This document shows positions 16,000-30,050 of a stretch of DNA of 64,000 nt, one piece after another. Position numbers and translations under genes: made by a program. Under the pieces are notes generated by a model. That model did not search any database. It saw nothing but the letters and a program-made list of their open reading frames with translations, and was not told the origin of the DNA. The stretch comes from the human T2T-CHM13v2.0 reference genome, Homo sapiens. The stretch is from assembly GCF_009914755.1 (NCBI RefSeq), contig NC_060926.1, one strand, 5' to 3'. The stretch's first letter is position 1. Every line of letters starts with the position of its first letter.

Positions 16000-16770
16000 A
16001 CTCCATGGTGGCAAACTTTTTGGTAAAGGGACAGATGGTAAATACTGTATTTTAATCTTTGCAGCCTATACTAACTCTATCACTCCTACTGAACTCTGCT
16101 GTTGTAGTGTGAAAGCAGCCATAGATAGTGTCACAGGGCCAACCCCAAAATTAGGGCTCAGCCTGGGAGGCCAAGTGCATGGGTTCTTAGCTTCACGTGG
16201 GAAAGAATTCAAGAGCAAGCCAACAGAATAAAGCAAAAGCACGTTTATTAAGGAGCAAAAGGAAGGCTACCCTGCAGGCAGAGCAGTTCCCTGGGCTGCT
16301 CGCTGGTTATATTTATAATTATTTGTTGATTATTTGCTGAATAAGGGATGTACTATATATGAATGTTCTGGGAAAAGGGCAGAAAGCTCCCAGAACTCGG
16401 TTTTCTCCCACATCCAGACCACACAGGTTAATTTTCTGGCATTACCATTCCAATTGTACACTGTCATGGCGCTGGTGGGAGTGTTTTTAGCAGGCTAACG
16501 CATTATATTTGCATATAATGAGCAGTGAAGGTAAACAGAGGTCACTTTCCTCACCATCTTGCTTCTAGCTGGTTTTGGCTAGTTTCTTTTGCTGTCTCCT
16601 GTCCTGTCATCGGGGTCATGTGACTTATTCTCTTGGAAACTAGTCCTGCTGAATTCCTATCTCAATAGTGCACAAAGGAATGAGCAGAACTATGTTCCAA
16701 TAAAACTTTATTGATAAAAATAGGCAGGATGCTGGATTTAATCCACAGGCTATAATTTGCTGACCCTGCT
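16000..16770 (+). mobile_element. MER58A (hAT-Charlie) split in two by an LTR insertion (16000-16128 and 16665-16770)
   Basis: ggcaaacttt...taaagggacagatggtaaata...aactctgctgttgtagtgtgaaagcagccatagata resumes after the LTR as tatgttccaataaaactttatt...caggctataatttgctgaccc. Confidence 0.85.
16129..16664 (-). mobile_element. MER41-family (ERV1; C/D/E-like) solo LTR
   Basis: TG...CA termini and a 4-bp TSD ATAG (16125-16128, 16665-16668). The minus strand reads CAAGATGG...AAGTGACCTCTG...CACTGCTCATTATA...CACTCCCACCAGCGCCATGACAG...AATAAA...GAATTCTTTC...AAGAACCC, as in MER41. Confidence 0.88.
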
Positions 16771-17379
16771 CTATGGCATATTTTTGTAACGAAGTCTCAG
16801 TCATGGTTCTCTGGTCATTCTTTTCACTTTTCTCCTTGTTCCTTCTTACTCCTGTATTTATGTTATATGACTGTGTTTGATATCATTGTGCTGACTTTCT
16901 AGTATTTTATGACACTAAGTAAGTAAGAAATATCTAAACAAATATTTTTTAATTAGCTGTCCAGGCCTTACTTTGTGGTTATGTGCAAATAAGAAAAGAC
17001 ATTTGCCAAAGTTAATAGGGCAACAAAACCTTTCATATAGGATAGATATTAAGATATCTAGAAATTAGAATGTAGGATTTTATTGTTAATTTTTCCTCTG
17101 GGTGTACACCTAAAGAAAAATGAAGAGAAGGCCCAAGTTGTTTAGGAGGTCAAACAAAGAGCGGTGATTAGGTAAGGAGGTAGGAAGACACTGGTTGCTG
17201 GTAGTAGACCATTTATTCTTCTGATTTCTTATTTGTAATATAGTGATATTTATAGCTTCCTGGCTTCTATTAATACATGTTTATATTTCATGAAAGCCAT
17301 TTATAATAGTGCTACATGCCATATGTTTAATCCTACTGTGTAATTGTTCACTCATCTCTGACTTAAACACCTTATAAAT

Positions 17380-18875
17380 TAATTCATTCTATACAGGTTA
17401 TCGAATAAACACTAATATTATATGCCAAGTGCTGTTCCAGCCACCATGTATACAAACAGTAAAGAGACCATGTCTCTACCCTCATGGCATTCGTTTCTCA
17501 GTGAAGACAGACAATGAATGAATGAATGAATATGGAGAAGCAAGGGGTGCAGAGGGAGAAAAGCAGAGGATAGAGAGTGATAGAGAGCTATTTTATGTTG
17601 GGGAGAGACATAAATGAAGCCTTGGAGCAGGCCATGCAGGTATTTGAGGGAAGAGAGTCACAAGGGAAAAAACACAAAATACAAAGTTTAAAGGCTCTGA
17701 GGGTGGGAACCTGTCTAGCCTTTTGAGCAATAACAAGGAAACCATTTTTAGCAATAACAAGAAGTAGAGTGAGTGAGCGGCAGTGTAGCAGGCAATGAGC
17801 AAAGAGGGAAAATAGAGGATGAGATCTCACTGGGGCTCAAAAAAACTCTCTTAGGCTGTGGACTTTATTCTGTAGGAAATGGAAACTTTTGACCAAAAGA
17901 GTAACATTATTGACTTACATTTTAAAGGAGCTCAGTGACTGCTACATAGAGAGTATATAATAGGGACAAAGATGAAAACAGAAAGACCAGTTAAGAGACT
18001 TGAATCTCCAGGCGAGAGGGCATGGTGACCTGGACCAGAGTGATAGAGAAAGAAGTAGTAAGAAGCAGTCACGTGTATTCGTCTGAAAGAGCTATTCTGA
18101 TAGCGTTTCATGACTAGTTTGATGTGAAGATATGAGAAAAAAAAAGCAGTCAATAAAGACTCCAAGATTTTTTATGAGGGAAAATGGAAGAATGAATTTT
18201 CCATTAATCAACATGGGGAATATTAGTAAGTAACAGGATTGGGAAGAAAAATCATGTATTTATTTTGAGCATGTTAAATTTGAGACGGCTAATCAGACAT
18301 CCATGTAGATATGTTCATTACATAGTCATTTACTGGAGTCCAGAGATTCAGGAAAGAGGTCAGGATGAGGAATGTAAATGTGGGGTGGTCAAGATAACAT
18401 AGTATTTAAAGCCATACGCTGGAGAAGGCAGCCAAGGGAGTGAGAGCAGTTAGAGAAATTGAGAAGTCTAAAGACTGAACTCTGCAGTACTCCAACTTTA
18501 AAAGATGTGGAAAAAATAGGAGGAATTTGGCAAGGGAGAATGAAATTGACGGTAGCCAGTGATGTAGGAAGAACATGAGGAAAGCGTAGACTCCGGGAAA
18601 TTAAATGTAGAAAGAGTTTCAAAAATAAAGGAGACATCACCTGTGTCAAGTGCTGCTGATTGATAGGTAGAGGAAGGTAAGAACTGAAAGGTGGCCTTTG
18701 CTTTTGTCAACATAAAGGTCACTGATCTGTTTCATGAGAATGGTGAGGTTAAATGCCGATTTGAAGTGGATCCAAGAATAGGAAAAGATATGTTGGAGGT
18801 CATAGGCATGAAAATTTTTTGAGATTTTGCTCCTTAAAAGGGGAAGAGAGAAATAGACAGTAGCTGGAGAGGGAC
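17380..18875 (-). mobile_element. L2 (L2a-like) long fragment
   Basis: tatgccaagtgctgttccag...ctctaccctcatggc...ttttgagcatgttaaatttgagacggctaatcagacatcca...ggtatttaaagcc-type L2 motifs. Confidence 0.8.
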
Positions 18876-20732
18876 AAAAATCACAGAACTCAACATAAAG
18901 GCAGGTTATATAGGGTCCATATGAAAGTAGGTCACATGGGAAAAATTATTTACCATCTTATATGTCTAACCTCCTCCTGTTTTTTCACTCTTTCTTTCCT
19001 TCCATGATATGAATCCCATCCTCCTCCATACCTGCCTGGACATCTGAGGTCCTGAACAGCCTATCTATGCTCCACTACCTCAAAGCTCTCAGGAATAGAA
19101 AAATGAACTCATTTCTCTGGGCGGCTGATAAGAATCACAGATATTCTCCTCTTCTGTTATGGTATCATGTTATGTTTTGTTCTGAAAAGTGTATCAACAA
19201 TAAGTGACACAAGAGGAATAATGTTGACTTTGGGTTTAACTTCATGTGTATTTATTTACTAAATATTACTGGCACCTATGATAGTGACTGTTCTAAGCGC
19301 TGTGGAAAGGAAGGAGAAAACAAGAAAGGATGAGACTAGAGTGACTACATTCAAAAGAGACTATTTTACTTTCCTTAATTTTACTCACAGATAACAGTTA
19401 ATTTTAGAACTTTAGATATATCTAAATCATAATTGTTCACATAACTAAGTATCTTTAAACTTTAATAAACGTTTGAATATGAAAAAAACAGAAGGCAATT
19501 CTCTGCAATTATTTTTGGGATCAGTGCAGGTATAATAATAAAACAGGTGCCCAAAAGTAGAGTTGAATATTTTTTCACTGCTGCTATTCTACCTGATTTT
19601 GTAGTAATATTTGAATTTGTATCATGGTATTTAAACTGATGATCCAGAGAAGAATCAAGTAGAATTTACACCTCTGTAATATCTATTATATAAAAATAGA
19701 AAGGTTCTCCTAAGGTCAGATTCACCCTAAAATGGAGGAAAATGCTGAAAGTACACTATACAGCACCAAAATAAAAACACTCTACTGTTTTTACTTTCAT
19801 ATGTCAAGCTTTCTATAATACCAAAAAAAAAAAAATTTAAACCTAACGCAGTCATTTGCAAAATGTTAATATGAACTTTTGTTACCTTTTCCTCTTGATT
19901 GTGGTGTCTTCTTTATTATGCGTGTGTATATAAAATCAAGAAACTTTAAATGCCTGATTTAAATTAGGTAAATGCAATCTCAAACAAGTCTCACTTCCCC
20001 AGTCAGAATTGGAGTGTTCTAATACACCTTAAAATGAAAGAAAAAATGGAAAATGAAAAAGTCTTGTTGAAGTAAAACTTTATCACAGTTACACAGAAAA
20101 GGGCTACCTCCAATAGAGGGAGTGTGTGCCTTGTCAATTTTAATTTTTTTTAAATTAAACGATTAACTTTTACAGAGAAAAAGCATTAGGTAAGCTCTGC
20201 CTAATTTTTTGGTCTGAAGTTATTCACTCCTTCAGGTTCTTACAGAGAAAGACAGAAAATAAGATGGGAAAACTAATGTGTAATATTTCCTAACAGATAA
20301 AGTTATTCTAAAGTAGAAAATTTAAGAACTACCTCATTCTCAATTGGCCAATATTTACTGAGTAATTAGGACCTCAGGCTTCCTAGGAGACCCCAGAGAG
20401 CATAAGGAAGAGCCCCTGCCTTCAGGGAGATTACATTCTGATCCAGATGACAAAACTTTCCTAGCCAGACTGCTACTTTCCAGTAAAACATAAATAACAT
20501 TGTTATTTATATATATTATATATATTAATATATAATAGATAACATTGTGATGAAATTATATTTGTTACATCACTTTTCTGCCCTGCATCTTTCAGTAACT
20601 ACCTACTTTCTATCACAAAAAAATGCATGTCATTTCTTAACCTTCAAAGACCTGTCTAGTTGTTCTTCCACTCTTAATTCACAATCCTGACTGATGTTAG
20701 TACCGTTCTCTTAATTAATCAAATCTTTTTGT

Positions 20733-20802
20733 GCTCTCTCTCATGCACACTCTCTCTCTCCCAATCTCTCTCTCTCTCACACACACATACACACACACAC
20801 AC
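20733..20802. repeat. Compound (CT)n-(CA)n microsatellite
   Basis: ctctctctcatgcacactctctctctcccaatctctctctctcacacacacatacacacacacacaca. Confidence 0.95.
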
Positions 20803-23259
20803 AAAATGCTTGCCTGACTGGAAGGTACCAGGCAGCAGGGTGGGAACAGGTCTGAGTGAAGCCTAAACAACCACACCAACATAGCTGACAGAGAACCAGA
20901 ACCAAACCCCAGGCAATGGCCGGCAACCAAGAAGGGGAAGATGTAAATAAGTAGGCTTTGAAGGGATAAAGCCTTTTAAACATTAATATGTTAACATTTA
21001 ACAACCAAGCTCATGTTAGGGAAAAAACCATAAAGATTACCCAGTTTTTAAATGTGGAAACACTGCCATCCCTTTAGATTCCTATTTCTCATTGTCCTTG
21101 CCATTGCATGTGATGCTCAGAACTCACCACCTCCAGGAACCTCCCCAACTCCACTGAGTCTCCACTGAGTCCCTTGCACATAGATCAGTGTCAGCCACTT
21201 CAAGGGATACATGTGTGCCCCCATTACAACGAGACTGTAAGCAATCAAAGAACAATGCCACAATCCTACGTAAAACTTTCACATCTTCCTGATATAAAGG
21301 AACAGTTTGTGCTGAAAGAATGACTGTTGAAGGTATGAATTAAAGGCATTTTAGTCCCCTAACACCCATCTTGTAATTGTTATGTATGTGAATTGCATGG
21401 AGACAGTTATTTTATTTACTTCTTTTGCTGTTCAGAGATGTGATCTTTTTCCATATATCATAACATCATCAGTTTTATAAAGTTAAATGTATTTCCTTGT
21501 TTCTGCAGCACCTAAATGTATTTCATAGGTTCTCTGGCCAGTAGTTTTAAATATTCGGTCATACAATTCATGTTTGCAAGTAACTGGTTTTTTAATATTT
21601 GTACAGTTTCATCTTGGTGTTAATTTTACAATGTGAGAAGATTTTGTTTTTGCTTTTTTTTTTTTTCTATTTGAAACCCCATAATAAATGAGCTTTAATT
21701 TTATGTTTTTTCCTAATCTGGACAAGTTCACAAAACATCATTTTTCATTATATTGTCTTTATTATATGGTACTGTCCTCTATGGGTCCTGCTCATAAAAT
21801 AATTTTGATTTGGGGTTTAAAGAAATTTAGGATTTTAAACCTAAAATACTAGTTCTTGCCTCCTATTTATAGATAGGAAATTCAAGATTTCAGCTATATA
21901 ACTTCAATATAGGCACATGTCTGGTCACTAACTGGGTTGAATTATTACCTATACTTAATATTTTATACTTGTACAAATGATTTTAAATTTACATTTTTGC
22001 CACTTTTACAATTTGAATAAGAAAAAGTACCTGATTCCTAAATATGTATTGTTTTTATAAGTGAAGTAATGATGAACTATTTTAAATATACGAACAGTTA
22101 ACCAATTAAGCATACTTGTTTTATTTAATTAATTTGCATATTTGTTCTGGGGATTTTTTTAAAGAATAAAGCAAGATCTCTGTCTTTAAGAAAGTTTAAA
22201 ATCTCATTACATTCATAAGATATTTACATATTGTTTTATGCTTTGGTGTTATTTAGAGGTCCAAGGAATAAGAATTTGATGTAACCTTCCACTTCTCTGT
22301 AGTAATCTCCAAACATAAGTGAATCAAGAGAAGAAAACAAAAGTGTGACTGCTACTTCTGACAATAACTGCAAAAATATTTTAAAGTTTAATAGCAAGAA
22401 ATTCTAGTGGAAACTTTAAAAATGTTTATATTTATTTCAAAAAAGTTCACATGTAGTGAAACACACTGCAGTCTAATAATTTTTGAATCTTGAAGACAAC
22501 ATTCTCACTTCCTTTTTCTGACACCAATACTCTTTCCCTATTTGCCAATTGTGTTAACTTAGCATGACGATTCTGAGATATAAGCATTTCCAAAAATCAT
22601 GACATATAATCATTATTTAATAACAAACGCTATAATTTAAGGTCTATATTTTAGAAAATGAAATCGATAGTGTATCAGTCCACACTCTTCCACCTACTTA
22701 CCACCTTCCCATGACCTATTTTTGCATAACTCTCTGAGTTCATTGTGAAACAAGGCCATTATATGGTAGATAAATGTATATTCAAAGAAAATAATAAACT
22801 AAGTTAACTTGAGCTGTTAAGTCATAATAAAAAGTACTTTATTTCTTTTTACATTTATCGTCTAAGGAAATGGACAGTTATTTTAATGATTTTTGTAGGT
22901 TGCAGAGAGAATTAATTTATTTCAAGGAATATCTTTACCTAAACAGTCTATATGGAAATTAACTCTGTGCAAATAATTGATCTTACTACCCCCTCTTAAA
23001 AAAGTTTATAATGAATGTTCATTGTAAATATAAAAATAAACCATTTCTCAATAATCTCTGCGTAGAATTTGTTTTTTTCATTTAGTAATCACTTTACAAA
23101 CAAGGTATAAAAGAATGTGAAACTGTTTTCAAGGAAATGTGATCCCATTTTACTAGAATTGAAGGTTTGGTAATAACAAAAATAGTTACAATTAACATTT
23201 ATGATATACTTACTATATGGCAGAGAGTTTGACTTCTGAGTTCAAACTCTTTAAAAAAT

Positions 23260-24480
23260 ATTATAAATTTACTCTATGCTGAGTTCTGGGTTAGATGCTA
23301 CAGAGAATTACAGATATGAGTAACATCTAGTTTTGATTACCTAAAAAGTTACGGTCCATCATTGAAGAAATAATTTTACAGATCACTGGAACACAAAGCA
23401 AATATATGTACAAGAGAGATGCAAACTAAATGCTAACAAAGTTACTGGAAGAGATATGTTTTGAGATTAAACTTAAAAAGCACAAGTAGCATCTCAACAT
23501 AAGTTGAGGTAAGGGATATATTCTAGACAGAATAAAAGCAAGTTAAGACAAGTAAGTGGGAAATTTTAGATATGTTAAAATAATATTAAGTTATCTATTT
23601 TGAAGGGAACTTCCGTTAACATTAACTTTTATAAGATAACCTCAAAAAGTTCAGTTAGAAACATATTGTGAAAAGTCTTGTATATCAGACAAATTTGTGA
23701 TTGATTTAGACCCAGAGGGTTACTAGAAAGGTCTATGAGTTCCGATCTAGAAAACATGGGGACAAGTGAGAAGCCAGAAGGCAGAGAAGAATGAAGGAGG
23801 CTATTTCTTACTTTAAGTGGTTGGGATGGAATGAAGATATAAACTAGAATAATGGCAGGAAGAAATAAGAGGATAGATATGGGAAACATTGTGATGTTGG
23901 AATATCCTATGACTTAGCATTCATTGATTGGATATTGGAAGGAAGGGTCAAATACAACTCATAGTTCTGAGTCACAATGACCTAGAAAATGACACTGCTA
24001 TTAGTAACAGGGACATCAGAAGGGATACATTTAGGTGGAAAGCTGACAAGTTTCTAGTGACAAAATTGAATTTAAGTTCCAAAAATCATTCAAATAGAAG
24101 TTTCAGAAGGTAGATGCAAGTACAATTCTAGAAGTCAGGACTGAAAAAGCTCATTTGAGTTGTTTCCACAATGAAGAGATCGTTTAAATCATAGGAGTAG
24201 TTGGAATTAGGATGGCTTAGCAATAAGAGGGCCAATGAGATAACCGTTAGAAAATTCTCATTTTCAGGGCTCTAAGAAGAAAGAAAATGAAAGAAAGCCC
24301 ACAGAGGTATTCAGACAGGTAAGAAAAGAACCATGAATACCATAGGAGCAAAAAGAGGAGAAAGATTCAAGGAAGAAATTATCAAAACTTAAATGCTTCG
24401 AGGAAAGGGATGACAATAAAGACAGAATAAACTGTAGATTATCCCTCAAGAATATTATCAACAATCTTTGACAGAAGGTT
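23260..24480 (-). mobile_element. L2 fragments
   Basis: ctctatgctgagttctgggttagatgcta...gaaggcagaga...aggaggctatt...gattggatattgga: degenerate antisense L2. Confidence 0.6.
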
Positions 24481-24529
24481 TTTACTAGAGAGACGTTCCA
24501 AAAATATTAAAAACCTGCCTCTTACTAAC

Positions 24530-24966
24530 GGTATTAGATTGCATTATTTGTTCTCCATTTTTCATTTCTTCCTCATTTTTGCAATTTTTCTCAGGAGAAG
24601 GAACATACGTCCAACTCCAGTGACTTTGGGCTTGGCCTTGTGACTTGTTTTGACCAACAAAGTATGAGCAGACTTGACTCAAGCCACCTTCCAGGGGAGG
24701 CATAAGCTGTGCTTGCATGCTTCGGCTCTACCTCTCATGTTCTGCCCACTCTCATGAGAACAGCATGACACAGATGAAAGATGCTCCTTCAGTCTGAAAC
24801 CTGAAGAGAGAAGCTACATAGAGCTAAGCCCAGCTGAGCCCAGCCCAGCCAATACAGTGCATTGACCTGCAGCTATCTTACAATATGAGTCGGAAATAAA
24901 CATTTGTTCTTGTAAGCTCTTGAGATAATATGGTTGTTTGTTACCACAGCAAAAGCTAATAAACCA
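24530..24966 (+). mobile_element. MLT1I/J-like MaLR solo LTR
   Basis: tgactttgggcttggccttgtgacttgttttgaccaa...catgagaacagcatg...tgctccttcagtctg...aaataaacatttgttcttgtaagc...gtttgttaccacagcaaaagctaa. Confidence 0.8.
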
Positions 24967-27240
24967 CCGTTAGAAAACAGATAAAGTGTTTTAAATTTTT
25001 AGAATATTTGGAAATGATGCTAAGTTTGTGAAGTTCCTTAAGGTATGCAAATGAAAAATAATTTACCTTAATCATTGTCATAAACCTGAATCAAAGTTTG
25101 AAATAAAAATCATGCCTACCAGCCCTTACTTAAGTGATTTATAGACAATGTAAATCTTTGTAAACTACCTCAAATAATGTGATAAACAAGATATAAAGCA
25201 GGCTTTCTTTTCATTTGTCTCTGTGGGTTCTTTGACAGCTATACAGCCATACTCCCTGTACTTGGATTTACCATGGAAAACATTTTCCCTCTCCGTTATT
25301 GTTGGCAAAAGCTGCATCTTTCTGGTCTGTTCAGTACTCGACAATTTGTACTGCCAATTATGCTATTACAATGTCTCTTAAGGTTTCCTCCACTGCTCCT
25401 TTATTCTTGGTACCTCCTTTGTGATTTCAGAGTCGTTTTATGGAATTGTAATGTGGCTCTTGACATATAATTGAAGCATGTTAAATTACCCTGGCTTAAA
25501 TAAACAACTTACCATGTGAATATGTTTATGCATCTTTTAATGTGGTATTTTTCCCTTGACTTGTCTAAAAAAAATCAATGGCATAAAATAAAACTTGGTA
25601 CCTTAGCTTCTAAAGTGCACAATTTTCCCTTTCCTATTCCTATTCATGATATGATTAGAAAATAAAATTGTATGTTTTTGAAGAAAGTGTATAGCTTTCC
25701 AACATTACAGTTTCTGTCATTTGTCATTTATTATCAAAATGTTTCCCAAATCGTATGGATGCTTAGTTACCTATATAAGAATATTGATAAATCAGTTCTT
25801 TATGTACCGTATAAAATAATAAGAATGCAAAAGATAAAGTAAATAACCAACAGCTGTACACTATTTTTCTTTTAAATATTATGAGGGCAGTGCGGTCTGG
25901 TCAGAAGCACGGCGCTTATAGTAATCTGTTACATCCAAAAAAAAATGAGATTGAAGACATGCCCCTGAATGTGCTATTATTTTGAATGAAGAAGTCTCAT
26001 CTGTTACCACTGTTGACTCAAGTAGGAGACAGCAGATGGCACAATGGGGGGAGCTGTTAAGTCCAGGAGGATACAAAGAGACTGGTATAGAAACATGAGT
26101 GAAAAGAAGATAGAGATAAAAAAAAAAAAAAATGAAAACGCAACAGCTTCCAAGACAAGGCAGATTGGGGAGGGAAAGTTCTCAACGGGAAATACATAAG
26201 GAGATTTGCTTTGAGAAATATTTTTAATAAAAGGAAATTTGGATTCTTAGAACACAGTACCTGCCCAAAGGCTCTTTCCCCTGCTCTCATTACACATTAA
26301 AAAGCAGTACTACTTACATAATTATGTTCTCCAGAGGATATTTAATTACAGTTTCTGTGTTTGGTTTCTATATTTATTTGGTCATTAAATTAATATAATA
26401 TGACATCACGATGTTTCTATTGGAGGACACTCAGAAAGTATAACGCACTCAGCCGTTGGATTTTCCTTTTTTCCCCCCTTAGAACGTTCCCTTTGGATAC
26501 ATATGGGAAAATATGGCATTTCAATTCCACTGTAATTTCTTCCTTCAGCGATGGAGGACCTGTAAGTTTGCCTTTCACTGTGAGCCTACTTGCCCTCACT
26601 GAGCCTTCACAGTTGCAGTCCTGAGCTCTGAAACCCAGCTGACTGAATGGGAGTGGTGCTCCTTGAGCATTTATCTCAACTCAAACTTCAGAATCACTCC
26701 TTAGATTCACTGTGGAAGCTGAAGGAGATGAGAAATTTCTTAGCTTAGAGGTTCATTTTCTCAAATATCTCCACATCATTAAAGCTAATGCTTTATTTCT
26801 CCCTTCTGTTTTTTTTCTGGAAATCTTGTAGTCCAGATATCACAAGAAACCAAAAATAAAACTGCTTAACAGAAATCATCAAAAGGGACAATGCAATGTA
26901 TTTTCTAGCATTTTCTCCAATAAAATTTTAGAAAACGTTAACAATAAAACACCAAAAATCCTCATCTCCTGAAATTCCCCAAGGCTCCAACTCAGAATGT
27001 AGTAAGGTAAATAAAAGATCAGGGTAAAGATGTCAACCCATTTCAGGAGGTTAGATAAAATTTTATTCATTAATTTTAACACATCATCCTTAGTGAAAAT
27101 GTATCCTAAAATGACAAAATGTACATTTTATCCCTCCTTAATGAGTTTAAATGTGTTTAAGCTCAAATATTAAGTATAAGCATATTTGAATGATCAAATA
27201 TCATTGCATAAATCAAATTGAAACTGTTTAATTTATTTAA

Positions 27241-27760
<520 letters not shown>

Positions 27761-28551
27761 TTAAGTGACAGAATTAGGGCAACTTACATAACACAACTCC
27801 TCACATCCTTCTATGCTTTTATTCTGCTTTTCTTATGTCCTAAGATTCATAATTTCCTTTCTTGAAGACACAGCTTTAATGTTTATAAGACTTAACAGAA
27901 AAATATTGCTTCTGATTAGACATGTTACATTTTCAGGTCCCTAAGATGCTGATAAATAGTGGCTTATTTAACATTAATATTTTAATAAAATTTATAAGCA
28001 GAGGATATATTTCAGCTTAAAGTCAACAAGGTAGCATGTGTGTTAGGCATTGCCATTGCCACTTTACAAATGAGAAATTATAACTCAAGTTGTTTAAAAA
28101 TAATTTCCCTTATGTTTAAATTATTAGGTGGAAATAACACCCAGGTTTGGCTCTTTTTGCCACATGGCCTTTCCCTCCTGATCGGATTCTGTCTAAAGAT
28201 CCAAGTTTATCCCCTGGCCTTCTCTCACTCCCTGCCTCACCTCTGTTCTCCAAACACACATTACCATCAGGCCATACAAACTCTGTTTTGCACCACTGAG
28301 CCTGTTCCCTCATACAATCTTTGTCCTTCCCCCTTTCTCTTCCTCTCTTCCCCTGTCTGCTTCTGAAACTCCTCCCAGATTGTGAGTTCCATGAGGACAA
28401 GGACTAAGATTATTCACCTCTGCCCACAATACTTAACTATGGAACACATCATTGACCCTCACTAAAGTTTGTTAAGTTAGACCTTTGACTGTGAACAACA
28501 ATCATTAGTGGCTACACTCCAGAGTCAACCTGGACAGCTAGTGAGGCAGTC

Positions 28552-28906
<355 letters not shown>

Positions 28907-29207
28907 TGACAGAGGATGAGAATTCCAGAAGGGGAAAATTTGACTTGTGCCCTATATCCTTAATGATTTCGTAGCATTTTTAAATGAACAGTTCTCCGAT
29001 GACAGGTAAGAGAAAAATGTGTATCCTCTTAAGCTTTTCTATTCTTACAAAATAGGAATGGTGTCAGTAGATGACTAGCCTTGTTATCTAATGGCTCCCA
29101 GAAAAAATAATTACAGGTCACTTGTTCCAAACAAAGTCAATATTTCAACCAATCTATAATGTATGCTCTCACATGGCAAGCAATCTCAGTTGTTTATATG
29201 TTCATGT

Positions 29208-30050
29208 TTGTATTAGTTATCTATTACAGCCTATCAAATTACCCCCAAAATTTAGTGGCTTAAAACAGCAGTTTCTGAGGATCAGGAATCCAGAAGCAGC
29301 TGACTTGGGTAGACATGGGGTCTCACGAGGTTGTGGTTAAGCTATTGGCCAATGACGCAGTCATCTCAAGACTCAACTGGAACAGGAAGATTGACTTCCA
29401 AACTCATTCACAGATGGTTGGCTTGCCTCTGTTCCTCACCAGCTGTTGATCAGAGGCTTCAGTTCCTTGCCATGTGGGCCTCTCCACAGGGCTGCTGACA
29501 TGTCAACTTCTTTCCCCCCCAGAGAGAGAGAGAGAGAAAGCAGGAAAGTACATCCAAAATGGAAGCTACAGTCTTTTTATAACCCAGTCTTAAAAATGAA
29601 ATCCTGACTGGGCGCAGTGGCTCATGCCTGTAATCCCAGCACTTTGGGAGGCTTGAAGCGGGTGGATCATCTGAGGTCAGGAGTTCAAGACCAGCTTGGC
29701 CAATATGGCGAAACCCCTCTCTACTAAAAATACAAAAATCAGGTGGGCGTGCTGGTGGGCACCTGTAATTCCAGCTACTCAGGAGGCTGAGGCAGGAGAA
29801 TTGCTTTCACCCGGGAGGCAGATGTTGCAGCGAGCCAAGATCACGCCACTGCACTCCATCTTGGATGACAGAGTGAGACTCCGTCTCAAAAAAAAAAAAA
29901 AGAAAAAAAAAAGAAAGAAATCCCATTATTTCTGCCACATTCAATTTGTTAAAACTGTCCATAAATTCAACAAATACTCAGCGGGAGGGGATTAAACAAA
30001 GACATGAACACAAGGAAGCAGGGATTCTTGGGAGCCATCTTAAATACTAC
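29208..30050 (-). mobile_element. MLT1 (F/G-like) MaLR LTR interrupted by an Alu
   Basis: tgtattagttatctatt...aaatttagtggcttaaaaca...ttccttgccatgtgggcctctccacagggctgctgacatg...atggaagctacagtctttttataacc, resuming after the Alu to ggagccatcttaaatactaca. Confidence 0.8.
29606..29916 (+). mobile_element. AluS (Sx/Sz-like), full length, inside MLT1
   Basis: gactgggcgcagtggctcatgcctgtaatcccagc...ctgaggtcaggagttcaagaccagc...A tail. TSD core gaaatcc at 29598-29604 and 29917-29923. Confidence 0.97.
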
